From: Vulcanimicrobiota bacterium
Lineage (GTDB): Bacteria; Vulcanimicrobiota; Xenobia; Xenobiales; JADMJV01
Assembly: GCA_050250895.1 (NCBI GenBank)
Contig: JBFWNU010000001.1
Span: 3,552,149 to 3,616,148, forward strand
DNA: 64,000 nucleotides
Direction of reading: 5' to 3'
Below, piece by piece: positions 37,912-46,779 of the stretch (positions within the stretch are counted from its first letter, which is position 1; each line of letters starts with the position of its first letter). Position numbers and translations under genes: made by a program. Under the pieces are notes generated by a model. It was not told the origin of the DNA and ran no database searches. It saw only the letters and a list, made by a program, of their open reading frames with translations.

Positions 37912-39190
37912 TCAGCTTGGCCACGCGCTGGCCGCAGCGGGTAGCCCCTTCGAGCCAGGGCGAATTGAGGTAGTCACCGCAGAGATACAGGCCTTGCTCG
38001 CCCTGGTGGGGCAAGAACCTCTTGACCCGGTCGATCTGGTCACAGGTGAACTTGGGCATGGCTTCGGGCCACCGCTGCAGGTCGTGGGGCTCGGGCGAGA
38101 GCCCGGGGTGAAGCTTGACCAGTTCGGCGGCCACCAATCCAAAGAGTTGATTGTCGGGCCGGTCCCAGAGCTTCTCGGCCGCTTCTTCGTGCAGGCCGAC
38201 ATTGACCAGGGCCAGACCCTCATTCGAGCGTCCCTTGATGGCTTCGTTGGTGAACTCGGCGATGACCGAATTCTCGCAATAGGGGATGTAGAAGCAGTGC
38301 GTGTTGCCGAAGCTGGCGGCCGGCACGCGATAAGACAGATTGATGGTGCGCGCGTAGCGGGTCTTCTCGAGCAGGTCCCGATGAGGGTCGGGCCCGTTGC
38401 GCAGGAGTTTGCGGGCTACTCCCGCGGTGGTGGCCAAAACGACCTTGGCGTAGTGCTCTTGCGAGTCGGCGGTGGTGACCAGCCAGCCATCTTCGTGATG
38501 AGCCAGCGAGACCACCCCGTGGTCGGCCTTCACGGTCAACCGAGCGGCCAGGGCGTCAGGGAGTTCTTGCATCTCGCCCGGCGCGTGGAGGATCGAGAAG
38601 TCATAAGCCGGGTCGCTTTTCATGCGAAAAAGCGCGAGAAAGGCAGCCGCACTGGTCTCGCGCGAGCGATAGAACATCATGCAGGTGTGGAAAGCGTCGA
38701 GAATATAGTCGGCGAACTCGGGGCCGATCTGGCGACGGGCCGTATCATAGGCATCGCTATGATTGAGTTCATCAGGGGCCGTGGACAGGTCGAAGAAGTC
38801 GAGGTGCGGATATTGATGGCGCAAGCGCAGGGCGAACTCGGCAAACTTGACCCGACTCCAAAGCTTGAGATAGTCCATGCGAATAATATCGCGAGGTGAG
38901 TCGAAGTTCATGCGGTGAAAGCTGCCGTGGCGATAGAGCATGTGCCCCACCGGGCTGAGGTTCTGCAACTCTACCCCGAGTTCGTCGGAAAGACTCACCA
39001 GGCGAGGGTAGGCCTTGACCAGAAAGTTGGCCCCGAGGTCGAAGGCAAGCCCCTGGTAGCGGCGTGTGGCCATTCGCCCTCCGACTCTGGCCTCGCGTTC
39101 ATAGACCTCTACGGTCTGGCCGGTCTTCTGCAATTCATAGGCACACGTCAGACCAGAGATGCCGGCCCCGATCACGGCTATCCTCTCCAT
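37871..39190 (-). CDS. FAD-dependent oxidoreductase, protoporphyrinogen/amine oxidase family
   Basis: IAVIGAGISGL, ERE.RVGGR, DLGANF, LCGDYL..LEGA. Confidence 0.85.
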   Translation of the reverse strand: MERIAVIGAGISGLTCAYELQKTGQTVEVYEREARVGGRMATRRYQGLAFDLGANFLVKAYPRLVSLSDELGVELQNLSPVGHMLYRHGSFHRMNFDSPRDIIRMDYLKLWSRVKFAEFALRLRHQYPHLDFFDLSTAPDELNHSDAYDTARRQIGPEFADYILDAFHTCMMFYRSRETSAAAFLALFRMKSDPAYDFSILHAPGEMQELPDALAARLTVKADHGVVSLAHHEDGWLVTTADSQEHYAKVVLATTAGVARKLLRNGPDPHRDLLEKTRYARTINLSYRVPAASFGNTHCFYIPYCENSVIAEFTNEAIKGRSNEGLALVNVGLHEEAAEKLWDRPDNQLFGLVAAELVKLHPGLSPEPHDLQRWPEAMPKFTCDQIDRVKRFLPHQGEQGLYLCGDYLNSPWLEGATRCGQRVAKLITSPGSGPRSDLP

Positions 39191-39286
39191 GAGCCCCTAT
39201 TTCCCCCTCGCAGCGGAGGTTCCTCGGGGGCCTGAGGGCACCCTCAGACTGGCCTATCGAACCGGGGCGCCCTGGACAGGGGGGGA

Positions 39287-39544
39287 CTACATGACCACAT
39301 GGTGGCATTCGGGCAAGGTAACCTCTTTGGGCAGTCTCGAAGCGAGTCGCGTGTAGGCGGCGGCGCCGTGTTCGGGGCATAGCTGCAGGTGCCGCAAGTC
39401 GATGGTTCGAGAGCGGGCCGAACCGACCGAGATTGCCCCCAGCCACTCCATCAGGCGGGTGACGTTGTCCTGGTCAAGTGTGCCCTTCACCTCGACGGTG
39501 GTAACCTCTTCGCAGAAGTTGACGACGACTCCGATTCCTTTCAT
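39287..39544 (-). CDS. Small STAS-like (anti-sigma antagonist-like) protein
   Basis: VEVKGTLD...TIDLRHL STAS pattern; the phosphorylatable Ser motif is not evident. Confidence 0.5.
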   Translation of the reverse strand: MKGIGVVVNFCEEVTTVEVKGTLDQDNVTRLMEWLGAISVGSARSRTIDLRHLQLCPEHGAAAYTRLASRLPKEVTLPECHHVVM

Positions 39545-39727
39545 GGACGACCCCTTCGCTTCAGACTAGTCTCCCGAGTCTAGCGAAAACGAAGGCTCTG
39601 CCCTAGACCCTGGCGTATCCACCCCGACTATCCCGAAGTAGGGGTACCGCGCAGTACCTCATTGGGATACCCCGGTTCCATCCAGACGATGCAGGAGGCG
39701 GAGGCGGAGTGGGCTTATCCTATAGTC

Positions 39728-40060
39728 ATGCCAAATTCCACTGATCCGTTCGTGCCTTGCAATCGCAGTCGGGCTCCCCTGGCCTGGGAACCCCACATCA
39801 GCATGATCGAAGATCCCGAAGGCCACCTATTGGTCGAAGTGCTCCTACCCGGCGCCGAACATGTGGAGACACAGGTCGAGCCGAACTATATCAGGGTGCG
39901 CGGTCGTCGCAGCAAAACGGTCGTCACCCGCCACCTTCCGCGGGAGTTCGAGCATCACCACTATTTTCCGCGTCCCATCGACCCCGCCAGCGCCAAGGTC
40001 GAGTTTCTTGACGGCATTCTGAGCCTGCGCGCCCAAAGGAGCGAGCATGCGAGTACCTAG
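39728..40060 (+). CDS. Hsp20/alpha-crystallin family protein
   Basis: VEVLLPG, IRVRGRR, IDP..AKVEFLDGILSL; start uncertain (39689 or 39728). Confidence 0.8.
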   Translation: MPNSTDPFVPCNRSRAPLAWEPHISMIEDPEGHLLVEVLLPGAEHVETQVEPNYIRVRGRRSKTVVTRHLPREFEHHHYFPRPIDPASAKVEFLDGILSLRAQRSEHAST

Positions 40061-41360
40061 CGATTTCCTGCTGGGCGCTGCAACCTCGAGTTTCCAGATC
40101 GAAGGTGCCCTGACCGAAGACGGCCGGGGCCCTTCCATCTGGGACGACTTTCCGGCCCTACTGGGTCACAACGGTTCGGTCGCCTGCGATCACTACCACC
40201 GGGTCTCTGAAGATGTGGGCATCCTCAAGGAACTAGGGGTCGATGCCTACCGGTTCTCGCTGGCCTGGCCCCGGATTCTGCCCGACGGCAGGGGCCGGGT
40301 CAACCAGGCGGGCCTCGACTTCTACTCGAGGCTGGTCGACGAACTACTAGAGAACGAAATTCAGCCCTGGGCCACGCTGTATCACTGGGACCTGCCCCTG
40401 ACCCTACACGAGGAGGGGGGCTGGAAGCGCCGCGAGATCGCCGAGGATTTCGCCGAGTACACCACCGTGGTGCTCGACCGTCTGGGAGACCGGGTCAAGC
40501 ACTGGTTTACCCTTAACGAGCCCTGGTGTGTAGCCATCCTGGGCTATCAGACCGGGGAACATGCCCCGGGCGAACAGTGCGATGAAGCCACCGTGCTCAG
40601 GGTCATTCACAATCTCATGCTCGCCCACGCCGCCTCGCTCGAGCGCATCCGTGCCCACGGAAACTATCAGGCAGGCATCGTGCTCAATCCCTGGTTGCCG
40701 CTACCGGTGACGGATTCGCCAGCCGATATCGAAGCTGCGGATCGGGCCTGGGTCGAGCAAGTCGGGTGGTGGTTCCAGCCGCTTTTTCTGGGCAAGTATC
40801 CCGCCGAAGTCTGGTCGGCCCGACAGGGCAACGTGCCCGAGGTTCAGGACGGCGACCTCGAGCGTATTTCGGCTCCCACCGACTTTCTCGGTTTGAATTT
40901 GTATTTCCCGGGCTTCGTGCGGGCTGCCCCCGACGCTCCTCACGGCTATGAGCGGTGCGAAGAGTTCGTTCATTTGCCGCGCACCGATATGGGCTGGCAG
41001 ATTTACTCGCCCATCATGTCCTATTGTCTGCGCGAGGTTCACCGGCGCTATTCGCCCCGCAGCATCTACATCACCGAGAACGGCTGCGCGGTGCCCGACA
41101 TCACCGACGATCGGGGCCAGATTCACGACCTGTGGCGCCAGGAATACCACCGCCATCACCTGCGCGACGCCCTCGACACCCGCGACGACGGAGTGCCTTT
41201 AGACGGCTACTTCGCCTGGTCCTTGATGGACAACTTCGAGTGGCAGTATGGCTTTACCCGGCGGTTCGGTCTCTATTTCATCGACTATGTCACCCTCGAG
41301 CGCATTCCCAAGGCCAGCGCCCGCTGGTACGCCCGGCTCACTCGCCAGCGCAGGCTCTAG
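40047..41360 (+). CDS. GH1 beta-glucosidase
   Basis: GAATSSFQIEG, DHYHR, TLNEP (acid/base), ITENG (nucleophile), WSLMDNFEW. Confidence 0.95.
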   Translation: MRVPSDFLLGAATSSFQIEGALTEDGRGPSIWDDFPALLGHNGSVACDHYHRVSEDVGILKELGVDAYRFSLAWPRILPDGRGRVNQAGLDFYSRLVDELLENEIQPWATLYHWDLPLTLHEEGGWKRREIAEDFAEYTTVVLDRLGDRVKHWFTLNEPWCVAILGYQTGEHAPGEQCDEATVLRVIHNLMLAHAASLERIRAHGNYQAGIVLNPWLPLPVTDSPADIEAADRAWVEQVGWWFQPLFLGKYPAEVWSARQGNVPEVQDGDLERISAPTDFLGLNLYFPGFVRAAPDAPHGYERCEEFVHLPRTDMGWQIYSPIMSYCLREVHRRYSPRSIYITENGCAVPDITDDRGQIHDLWRQEYHRHHLRDALDTRDDGVPLDGYFAWSLMDNFEWQYGFTRRFGLYFIDYVTLERIPKASARWYARLTRQRRL

Positions 41361-42697
41361 ACTCCGACCACCTCGACGGCCTGGCGGGCGCGAGTGATGC
41401 AGTCCGACACGCCGACCCCTTCCAAGCCGTTGCCGGCCAGGGCCAGACCCGAATGAAGAGCCATCTGCCGGTCGATGGCCGCCACCAGTTCTTTGTGACC
41501 CACCTGATACTGGGGCAGAGCCTGGGTGTGGCGCACCAGCATGGACTGTTGGGGTGGCCCGCCGAGTTTGAGCAAGGGGCCCAACTCTTCGAGGGCTAGC
41601 TCGCAGAGCGCCTGGTCCTCGAGCAACACGGCGCGCTGGCTCATGGCATTGCCTACATGACAGCGCAAGAGGGCTTTGCCTTCCGGGGCCCGTCCTGGGT
41701 ATTTGAGGTGTGAGTAGGTGCAGGCCGTCAAATGATAGCCCTCGACATGGGGGATGACAAAGCCGCTGCCTCGCAGAGGTCGTCCTATCTGGCATTGCTC
41801 GAAGAGAAAGTGGATGGTCACGGTGGTGGTCGACTCGATCTGACCCAGAGCATCCGAGAGCAGCGGGTCAAAGCGAGTGAGGCGAGCCAGGTGGGGGGCG
41901 GCGCAAGCCAGCACCACCGCCCGGAAGGGGTAGGTTTTGCCCAGGGCTTTGACTTCCCAGCCGGTGGGCGTGGGAGTCAGCTGTTCGACCGGAGTCGCCA
42001 GGCGAACCTCCTCGAGCCGGTCAGCCAGAGCCTGAACCAGGCTTTGCATGCCTTCTCGGGGCGTGACGAACATCGAGCCTTTAGAAGAGCCCGACTTCTT
42101 CATCTGGGCCAGCAAACCGGCGGTGACACTGCCCCTGGACTGCTCGAGTTGGCGGAACATGGGCAGGGTGGCCAGCAAGGACAGGCGCGCCGGGTCGGCG
42201 GCATAGATGCCGCCGATGAGCGGTTGGGCCAGGGTGTCGAGCACCTCGCGACCGAAGCGGCGGGTGACGAAATCGGCGACCGACTCGTCTGCGCTAGCTC
42301 TCGTGGCCGGCACCAGCCATTCTAGCCCGGCTCGCAGCTTGCCACCCAGGGAGAGCAGCGGGGTGCGCACGAAAGGCAGCAACTGGGTGGGCGCCACCAT
42401 CCGGAACCCGTCGGGCAAGGGTTGGATGCGACCTTTGTGAACGACTCCCGGGGGACCCTCGGCCACCGAGGGCACCAGTTCCAGGCCAAGTTCGCGCGCC
42501 AGTTGCACGGCCGCGGGTTTCATCACCAGCAACGAATCGGGGCCGGCTTCCATCAAGCAGCCGTGCTGGCGGACCGTCTGAATGGCCCCGCCCAGGCGCG
42601 GGCTGGCCTCGAACAAGGTGACCGAGGCACCACTCTGGCGCAGCTGATAAGCAGCCGTCAGCCCACTGATGCCTCCACCGATGACGGCGACTTGCAT
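41357..42697 (-). CDS. hemG: Protoporphyrinogen/coproporphyrinogen oxidase (HemY/HemG)
   Basis: GGGISGL, EAGPDS, GIYAADP..LS, ALPQYQVGH, GVGVSDCI. Confidence 0.92.
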   Translation of the reverse strand: MQVAVIGGGISGLTAAYQLRQSGASVTLFEASPRLGGAIQTVRQHGCLMEAGPDSLLVMKPAAVQLARELGLELVPSVAEGPPGVVHKGRIQPLPDGFRMVAPTQLLPFVRTPLLSLGGKLRAGLEWLVPATRASADESVADFVTRRFGREVLDTLAQPLIGGIYAADPARLSLLATLPMFRQLEQSRGSVTAGLLAQMKKSGSSKGSMFVTPREGMQSLVQALADRLEEVRLATPVEQLTPTPTGWEVKALGKTYPFRAVVLACAAPHLARLTRFDPLLSDALGQIESTTTVTIHFLFEQCQIGRPLRGSGFVIPHVEGYHLTACTYSHLKYPGRAPEGKALLRCHVGNAMSQRAVLLEDQALCELALEELGPLLKLGGPPQQSMLVRHTQALPQYQVGHKELVAAIDRQMALHSGLALAGNGLEGVGVSDCITRARQAVEVVGV

Positions 42698-42698
42698 G

Positions 42699-43829
42699 TT
42701 ACACCTCCCCGGTGAGCCAACTCGGTGCTTGCACCTGTTGGGGTGCGCGGCCGAGGGTCACCGCGATGATCAGGATAAAGAAAAGTCCGGCCAGGGTCTG
42801 CAGACCGGCCCCGGCCGCGAAGACCTCTCGGCCATAGGCCTGGCTCAGTTCGAACTGTCCGCCGATGCGCAACAGGTTGCCCAGGGTCAACAGTCCCAGC
42901 AACCAGGCGGGGTTGACCGGCAAGGTCCGCGACTCGAACGCCGGGACCAGATGCAGAGCCATTCCGAACATCATGGTCAGCAAGAAGCCCGAGGCCATCA
43001 GATGCCGTGCCGGGCCGTCGACGCCCACGAAGAAGGCCGCGATGGCGGCGGCGACCAGCCAGCCATAGGCCGTAAGGAGATAGGCCCGCAGCCAGGCGGG
43101 CGCCTGCGGCTGGCGGACAGGCTTGCGGAAGGGGCTCAGCGCGCCGAGATAGACGCACACTCCGAAAGAGGTCAACAGCGAGCCGGCCTCGATCCCGAAA
43201 GCCTGCAGGGCCAGTCCTGCATTCCACATCGCCACCGAGTAAGGCAGCAGCTCGAGATCGGGGTCGAGCCCCAGCATCTGGGGATGCACCCGCAGTCCGA
43301 TGCCGGCCACATAGAGAGCCGCAAATCCCCACAGCAACAGATGGTGGGCCAGGGGGTGGAGCAGGCCCACCAGCAACCATATCACCCCGGTAGCCATGAA
43401 GACGGCGTGTAGACGGTTCAGGCTTCGCTCTTTAGGGTCGGCCTCGGCGAGAGCCACCTGGCCTCGAGTCTTCTTGAGCACGGCCATGAAGGCCAGCACT
43501 CCGAAGATTTCCAGACCCTGGCGCGGGCCAGGGGCGACCTGGGCCAACTCCAGCAACAGTCCACTCACCAGGGCCAGCCAGGAGGCTACAGCCACCTGGG
43601 GAATGGCCAGTTCGACCTTAAGAAAGCGCGGCAGTACCAAGAGAGCCACGCCCAGGGTGAAGAGCATGACGAAGCCTTTCACCTGAAGCACGGCATGAGC
43701 CGAGAGCATCTCGACCCAAGACTCCATGGAGGCGATGCCGGCCAGGCCCAGCCCCATGCGAGTGCCGAGCAACGTGCCGGCCGCCAGGGCCAGCAGCGCG
43801 CTGGCCAGGAAGAGTCGATGCACTTTCAT
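42699..43829 (-). CDS. Polytopic membrane protein, NnrS-like
   Basis: About 12 TM; His-bearing motifs HAVLQVKGF, HHLLLWGF, RHLMASGF; operonic with heme genes. Confidence 0.6.
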   Translation of the reverse strand: MKVHRLFLASALLALAAGTLLGTRMGLGLAGIASMESWVEMLSAHAVLQVKGFVMLFTLGVALLVLPRFLKVELAIPQVAVASWLALVSGLLLELAQVAPGPRQGLEIFGVLAFMAVLKKTRGQVALAEADPKERSLNRLHAVFMATGVIWLLVGLLHPLAHHLLLWGFAALYVAGIGLRVHPQMLGLDPDLELLPYSVAMWNAGLALQAFGIEAGSLLTSFGVCVYLGALSPFRKPVRQPQAPAWLRAYLLTAYGWLVAAAIAAFFVGVDGPARHLMASGFLLTMMFGMALHLVPAFESRTLPVNPAWLLGLLTLGNLLRIGGQFELSQAYGREVFAAGAGLQTLAGLFFILIIAVTLGRAPQQVQAPSWLTGEV

Positions 43830-44968
43830 TGTAGGGCTAACTCCCGGGGTTGATAGTTGCAGTAGGGGTCTTCATCGTGAAGGTCGCCGGTGAGAGCGAA
43901 GGCGCGCGAGCGTGAGCCGGCGCAGACCTCCTTGTATTCGCAGCGGGCGCAGCGCCCCTTGAGCATCGAGGGATCGCGCAGCTGGCGAAAGAGGGGAGCG
44001 TCGCGATAGATGTCGACCAGCGATTCGCGGCGCACATTGCCGGCGCTGACCGGGAGAAATCCGCTCGGGAAGACCTCGCCCAGGTGCGAGATGAAGACGA
44101 AGCCGTTGGCGGCATTAATGTTCATGGGGGTGCGTCGAAGGTCTACCTTCGAGACGAGGCCGCGCGTTTGCACCAGCTGCTCCAGTTCGGCTTTGAGGTG
44201 ACGATAGAGAGGGTGGTCGGGAGGCGTCTCGCCCGCCGCTCGCTGCAGCACCACCCGTTTGAAGTGATGGCCTTCGGTAGTTTTCACGCTGAGATAGCGG
44301 TTGGCATCGACCAGAAAGTGCATCACGGCTTCGCATTCGTCGGCGGTCAGATCCTGCTCGCTGCGAGCCCGGCCGGTGGGGACCAGGAAGAAGACGCTCC
44401 AGGTCATGGCTCCCAACTCCTGGATTTGGGCAAAGAGCTGGCCCAGCGTATCGAGGTTGTGACGGGTCACGGTCGAGTTGACCTGGACTTTGAGACCGAT
44501 CTCCCGGGCTGTCTTCCAGCCGTCGAGGGTCAGCTGATACGAACCGGCCACGCCGCGAAAGGCGTCATGGGCCGCGGCTGTGGGGGCATCCAGGCTCAGC
44601 GAAATGGCCCGGGCTCCAGCTGCTTTAATCTTGTCTAGATTGGCTCGGTTGAGCAGCGGGGTGGCCGATGGAGAGACGGCCGCAACCAGGCCGATTTCGG
44701 AGGCGTAGGCCACCAGTTCGTAAAGATCGGGGCGCTTGAACGGGTCCCCCCCGGTAAAGACCACGATGGGAGAGGGCAGACCGAATTGGCGAATCTGGTC
44801 GAGCAGGGTCTTGCCTTCTTTGGTGGTCAAAGCCTGGGGGTGGTGTTGGGGCTGGGCCATGGCGCGGCAATGCAGACAGGCCAGATCGCAGGCCTGGGTG
44901 ACTTCCCAGATGACCATGAACGGGCGCTGGTCGCGGGCCGCGCGAGGCTGCCGAATGAGAGGCTTCAT
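43826..44968 (-). CDS. Radical SAM/SPASM protein, AhbD/NirJ-like (TIGR04053-like)
   Basis: WEVTQACDLACLHCRA, TGGDP, FFLVPTGR, C-terminal CARC..C.GSRSRA..DPYC. Confidence 0.88.
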   Translation of the reverse strand: MKPLIRQPRAARDQRPFMVIWEVTQACDLACLHCRAMAQPQHHPQALTTKEGKTLLDQIRQFGLPSPIVVFTGGDPFKRPDLYELVAYASEIGLVAAVSPSATPLLNRANLDKIKAAGARAISLSLDAPTAAAHDAFRGVAGSYQLTLDGWKTAREIGLKVQVNSTVTRHNLDTLGQLFAQIQELGAMTWSVFFLVPTGRARSEQDLTADECEAVMHFLVDANRYLSVKTTEGHHFKRVVLQRAAGETPPDHPLYRHLKAELEQLVQTRGLVSKVDLRRTPMNINAANGFVFISHLGEVFPSGFLPVSAGNVRRESLVDIYRDAPLFRQLRDPSMLKGRCARCEYKEVCAGSRSRAFALTGDLHDEDPYCNYQPRELALQ

Positions 44969-44974
44969 ACTCGC

Positions 44975-45015
44975 ATCATGGCGGCCTTTGCTCGGTGCCG
45001 AAATGATCTATGTCA
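44975..45015 (-). promoter_or_regulatory. FNR/DNR(Crp-family)-type box centred at -41.5 plus weak -10 CATGAT for leaderless radical SAM operon
   Basis: TGAT-CTAT-GTCA at 45004-45015, centre exactly 41.5 nt from the A of ATG 44968; CATGAT 6 nt before ATG. Confidence 0.7.
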
Positions 45016-45017
45016 GG

Positions 45018-46004
45018 TCACCGCTGGCTGTGGAAGCTAGCCCGGGGGTCTTGACTCGAGGCCTTGCCGGCCTCGAGCACGGCCAAACGCATGGTTACCG
45101 CTCCGGCGGTGCCGAGCAAGCCGGCCAGCCTCTTCTTCCAGAGCGACTTGCCGGGCAAGAGACCCAGCACCAGACTGGCGGCGGTCATGGAGCCAGCCCA
45201 ACGCCACATCCGCCCCGACCTGCCCTGGTTCCAGGGCCGACCGACCCGCTCGACTCTTGAGCTTTCGATTTGTACGGCCCGCATGGCCACCAGCTCCGCC
45301 ACCTTGCCGGCTGTGCCGAAACGTTCGAGGGCCGGATCCAACAGTCCCAGCCAGGGAGCCAACGAGCCCAGCGAGGCCATGCACGAAGCCACGAACAGAG
45401 GCGGCAAGGACCGGCGGGACTGTTGCCAGATGGGCACCGTGGTGCAGGCGACCAGAACCCCCGGATAGGCGCACTGCAGGGCTGCGAAAAGCCCCGCTTT
45501 AAGACCGGATACCGCGGCCAGCCAGCGCATCCAGGCCGGTCCGCGGTCGAGCAGGACGGCTCCGCCGGTGGTGATTCCGTTGAAGGCCAGCACCCACGAG
45601 CCGACGCTCATGGGCGAGCTCGGGCGAAAGACCCGCAGCATGTTGAGAAAGCGCTCGGGGCGGCCCAGGTCTTCGATGAGCAGGGCCGAGCCGACCCCGG
45701 TGCCGATCAGGTTAAGCCAGCGAAGTTTCTTTACCAAGGAGCAGGGCGCGCCCCAAAGCTGGCCCACCGCGGCGAGCGTCCCGGCGGCCCCGGCCACCCC
45801 GCCGAAGTAGAAATAGAGCGGAACAGACGCTTCCCACACCGGTTGTTTCAACAGCGGCAGATCGTAATAGGTGGGATCATCTTCGTGCTCGCCCGGGATT
45901 TGGCGATAGGTGGGGTATTTCTCTGGTCGGGCCTCGGCCTGACCAGAACCGGCCCCGGTTAGCTGCGCTCGCTCTGGGTCCAGGCCGCGCCCATTAACGC
46001 TCAT
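45018..46004 (-). CDS. NrfD/PsrC-family membrane anchor
   Basis: LKQPVW..YFYFGG, DLGRPERFLNMLRVFRPSSPMSVGSW. Confidence 0.9.
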   Translation of the reverse strand: MSVNGRGLDPERAQLTGAGSGQAEARPEKYPTYRQIPGEHEDDPTYYDLPLLKQPVWEASVPLYFYFGGVAGAAGTLAAVGQLWGAPCSLVKKLRWLNLIGTGVGSALLIEDLGRPERFLNMLRVFRPSSPMSVGSWVLAFNGITTGGAVLLDRGPAWMRWLAAVSGLKAGLFAALQCAYPGVLVACTTVPIWQQSRRSLPPLFVASCMASLGSLAPWLGLLDPALERFGTAGKVAELVAMRAVQIESSRVERVGRPWNQGRSGRMWRWAGSMTAASLVLGLLPGKSLWKKRLAGLLGTAGAVTMRLAVLEAGKASSQDPRASFHSQR

Positions 46005-46779
46005 GGCGGTTCTCCATCGAGAAGGCAGCTACGGCCAACATACCGAGGGCGGCGAGCAAGGCGGTCTGCCACGACTGTCCCACCGTCTTCTGAGGAGCGG
46101 TCGGATTGGGGGGGAGGTTGTACAGTTCGGGTCGCTCGGTCAGTAGGAAGAAGGCATTCAAAGGCCCGGTGCCTTCGGTATCGGTGCCGTAGAGATAAGC
46201 CTCTGTCCTACCCTGACCGTGCAGCTGCTTGACCCGCTCGCGGGCATAGTCTTGCAGCTCGTCGAGTTCGCCAAAGCGGATCGACTGGGTGGGGCAGGCC
46301 TTGGCGCAGGCCGGTTGCTGGTCGTCTTTAAGACGGTCGTAGCACATGGTGCATTTCCAGGCCCGGCCGTCCTCTCCTCGCCGGTCGATGACCCCGAAAG
46401 GGCAGCCCGAGACGCAGTAGCCGCAGCCGTTGCAGATGTCTGACTGGACATAGACGGTGTCGAATTCGGTGCGGATGATCGCTCCGGTGGGGCAGTTTTC
46501 GAGGCAGCCGGCCAGATTGCAATGCTTGCAGACATCGCTGTGCATCAGCCAGCTAAAGAGCTGACCGTTCTCTGCTTGCTCGGCGGTCATGGCCGCGGGA
46601 CGCTCGACAAAGGCCACGTGTCTCCAGGTCGAGGCACCGAGATGGCCGGTGTTGTCGTATGACATGGCCGTGAAGTCGTAGCCGTCGGCGGGCAGCTGGT
46701 TCCACTCTTTGCAGGCCACCTCGCAGGCTTTGCAGCCGATGCAGAGGGAGGTGTCGGTGAAAAATCCTTTGCTCGACAT
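45994..46779 (-). CDS. Formate dehydrogenase iron-sulfur subunit
   Basis: CIGCKACEVACKEWN, CKHC...C..CP, CNGCGYC..CP, KCTMC..C..CP four-cluster motifs. Confidence 0.93.
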   Translation of the reverse strand: MSSKGFFTDTSLCIGCKACEVACKEWNQLPADGYDFTAMSYDNTGHLGASTWRHVAFVERPAAMTAEQAENGQLFSWLMHSDVCKHCNLAGCLENCPTGAIIRTEFDTVYVQSDICNGCGYCVSGCPFGVIDRRGEDGRAWKCTMCYDRLKDDQQPACAKACPTQSIRFGELDELQDYARERVKQLHGQGRTEAYLYGTDTEGTGPLNAFFLLTERPELYNLPPNPTAPQKTVGQSWQTALLAALGMLAVAAFSMENRHER

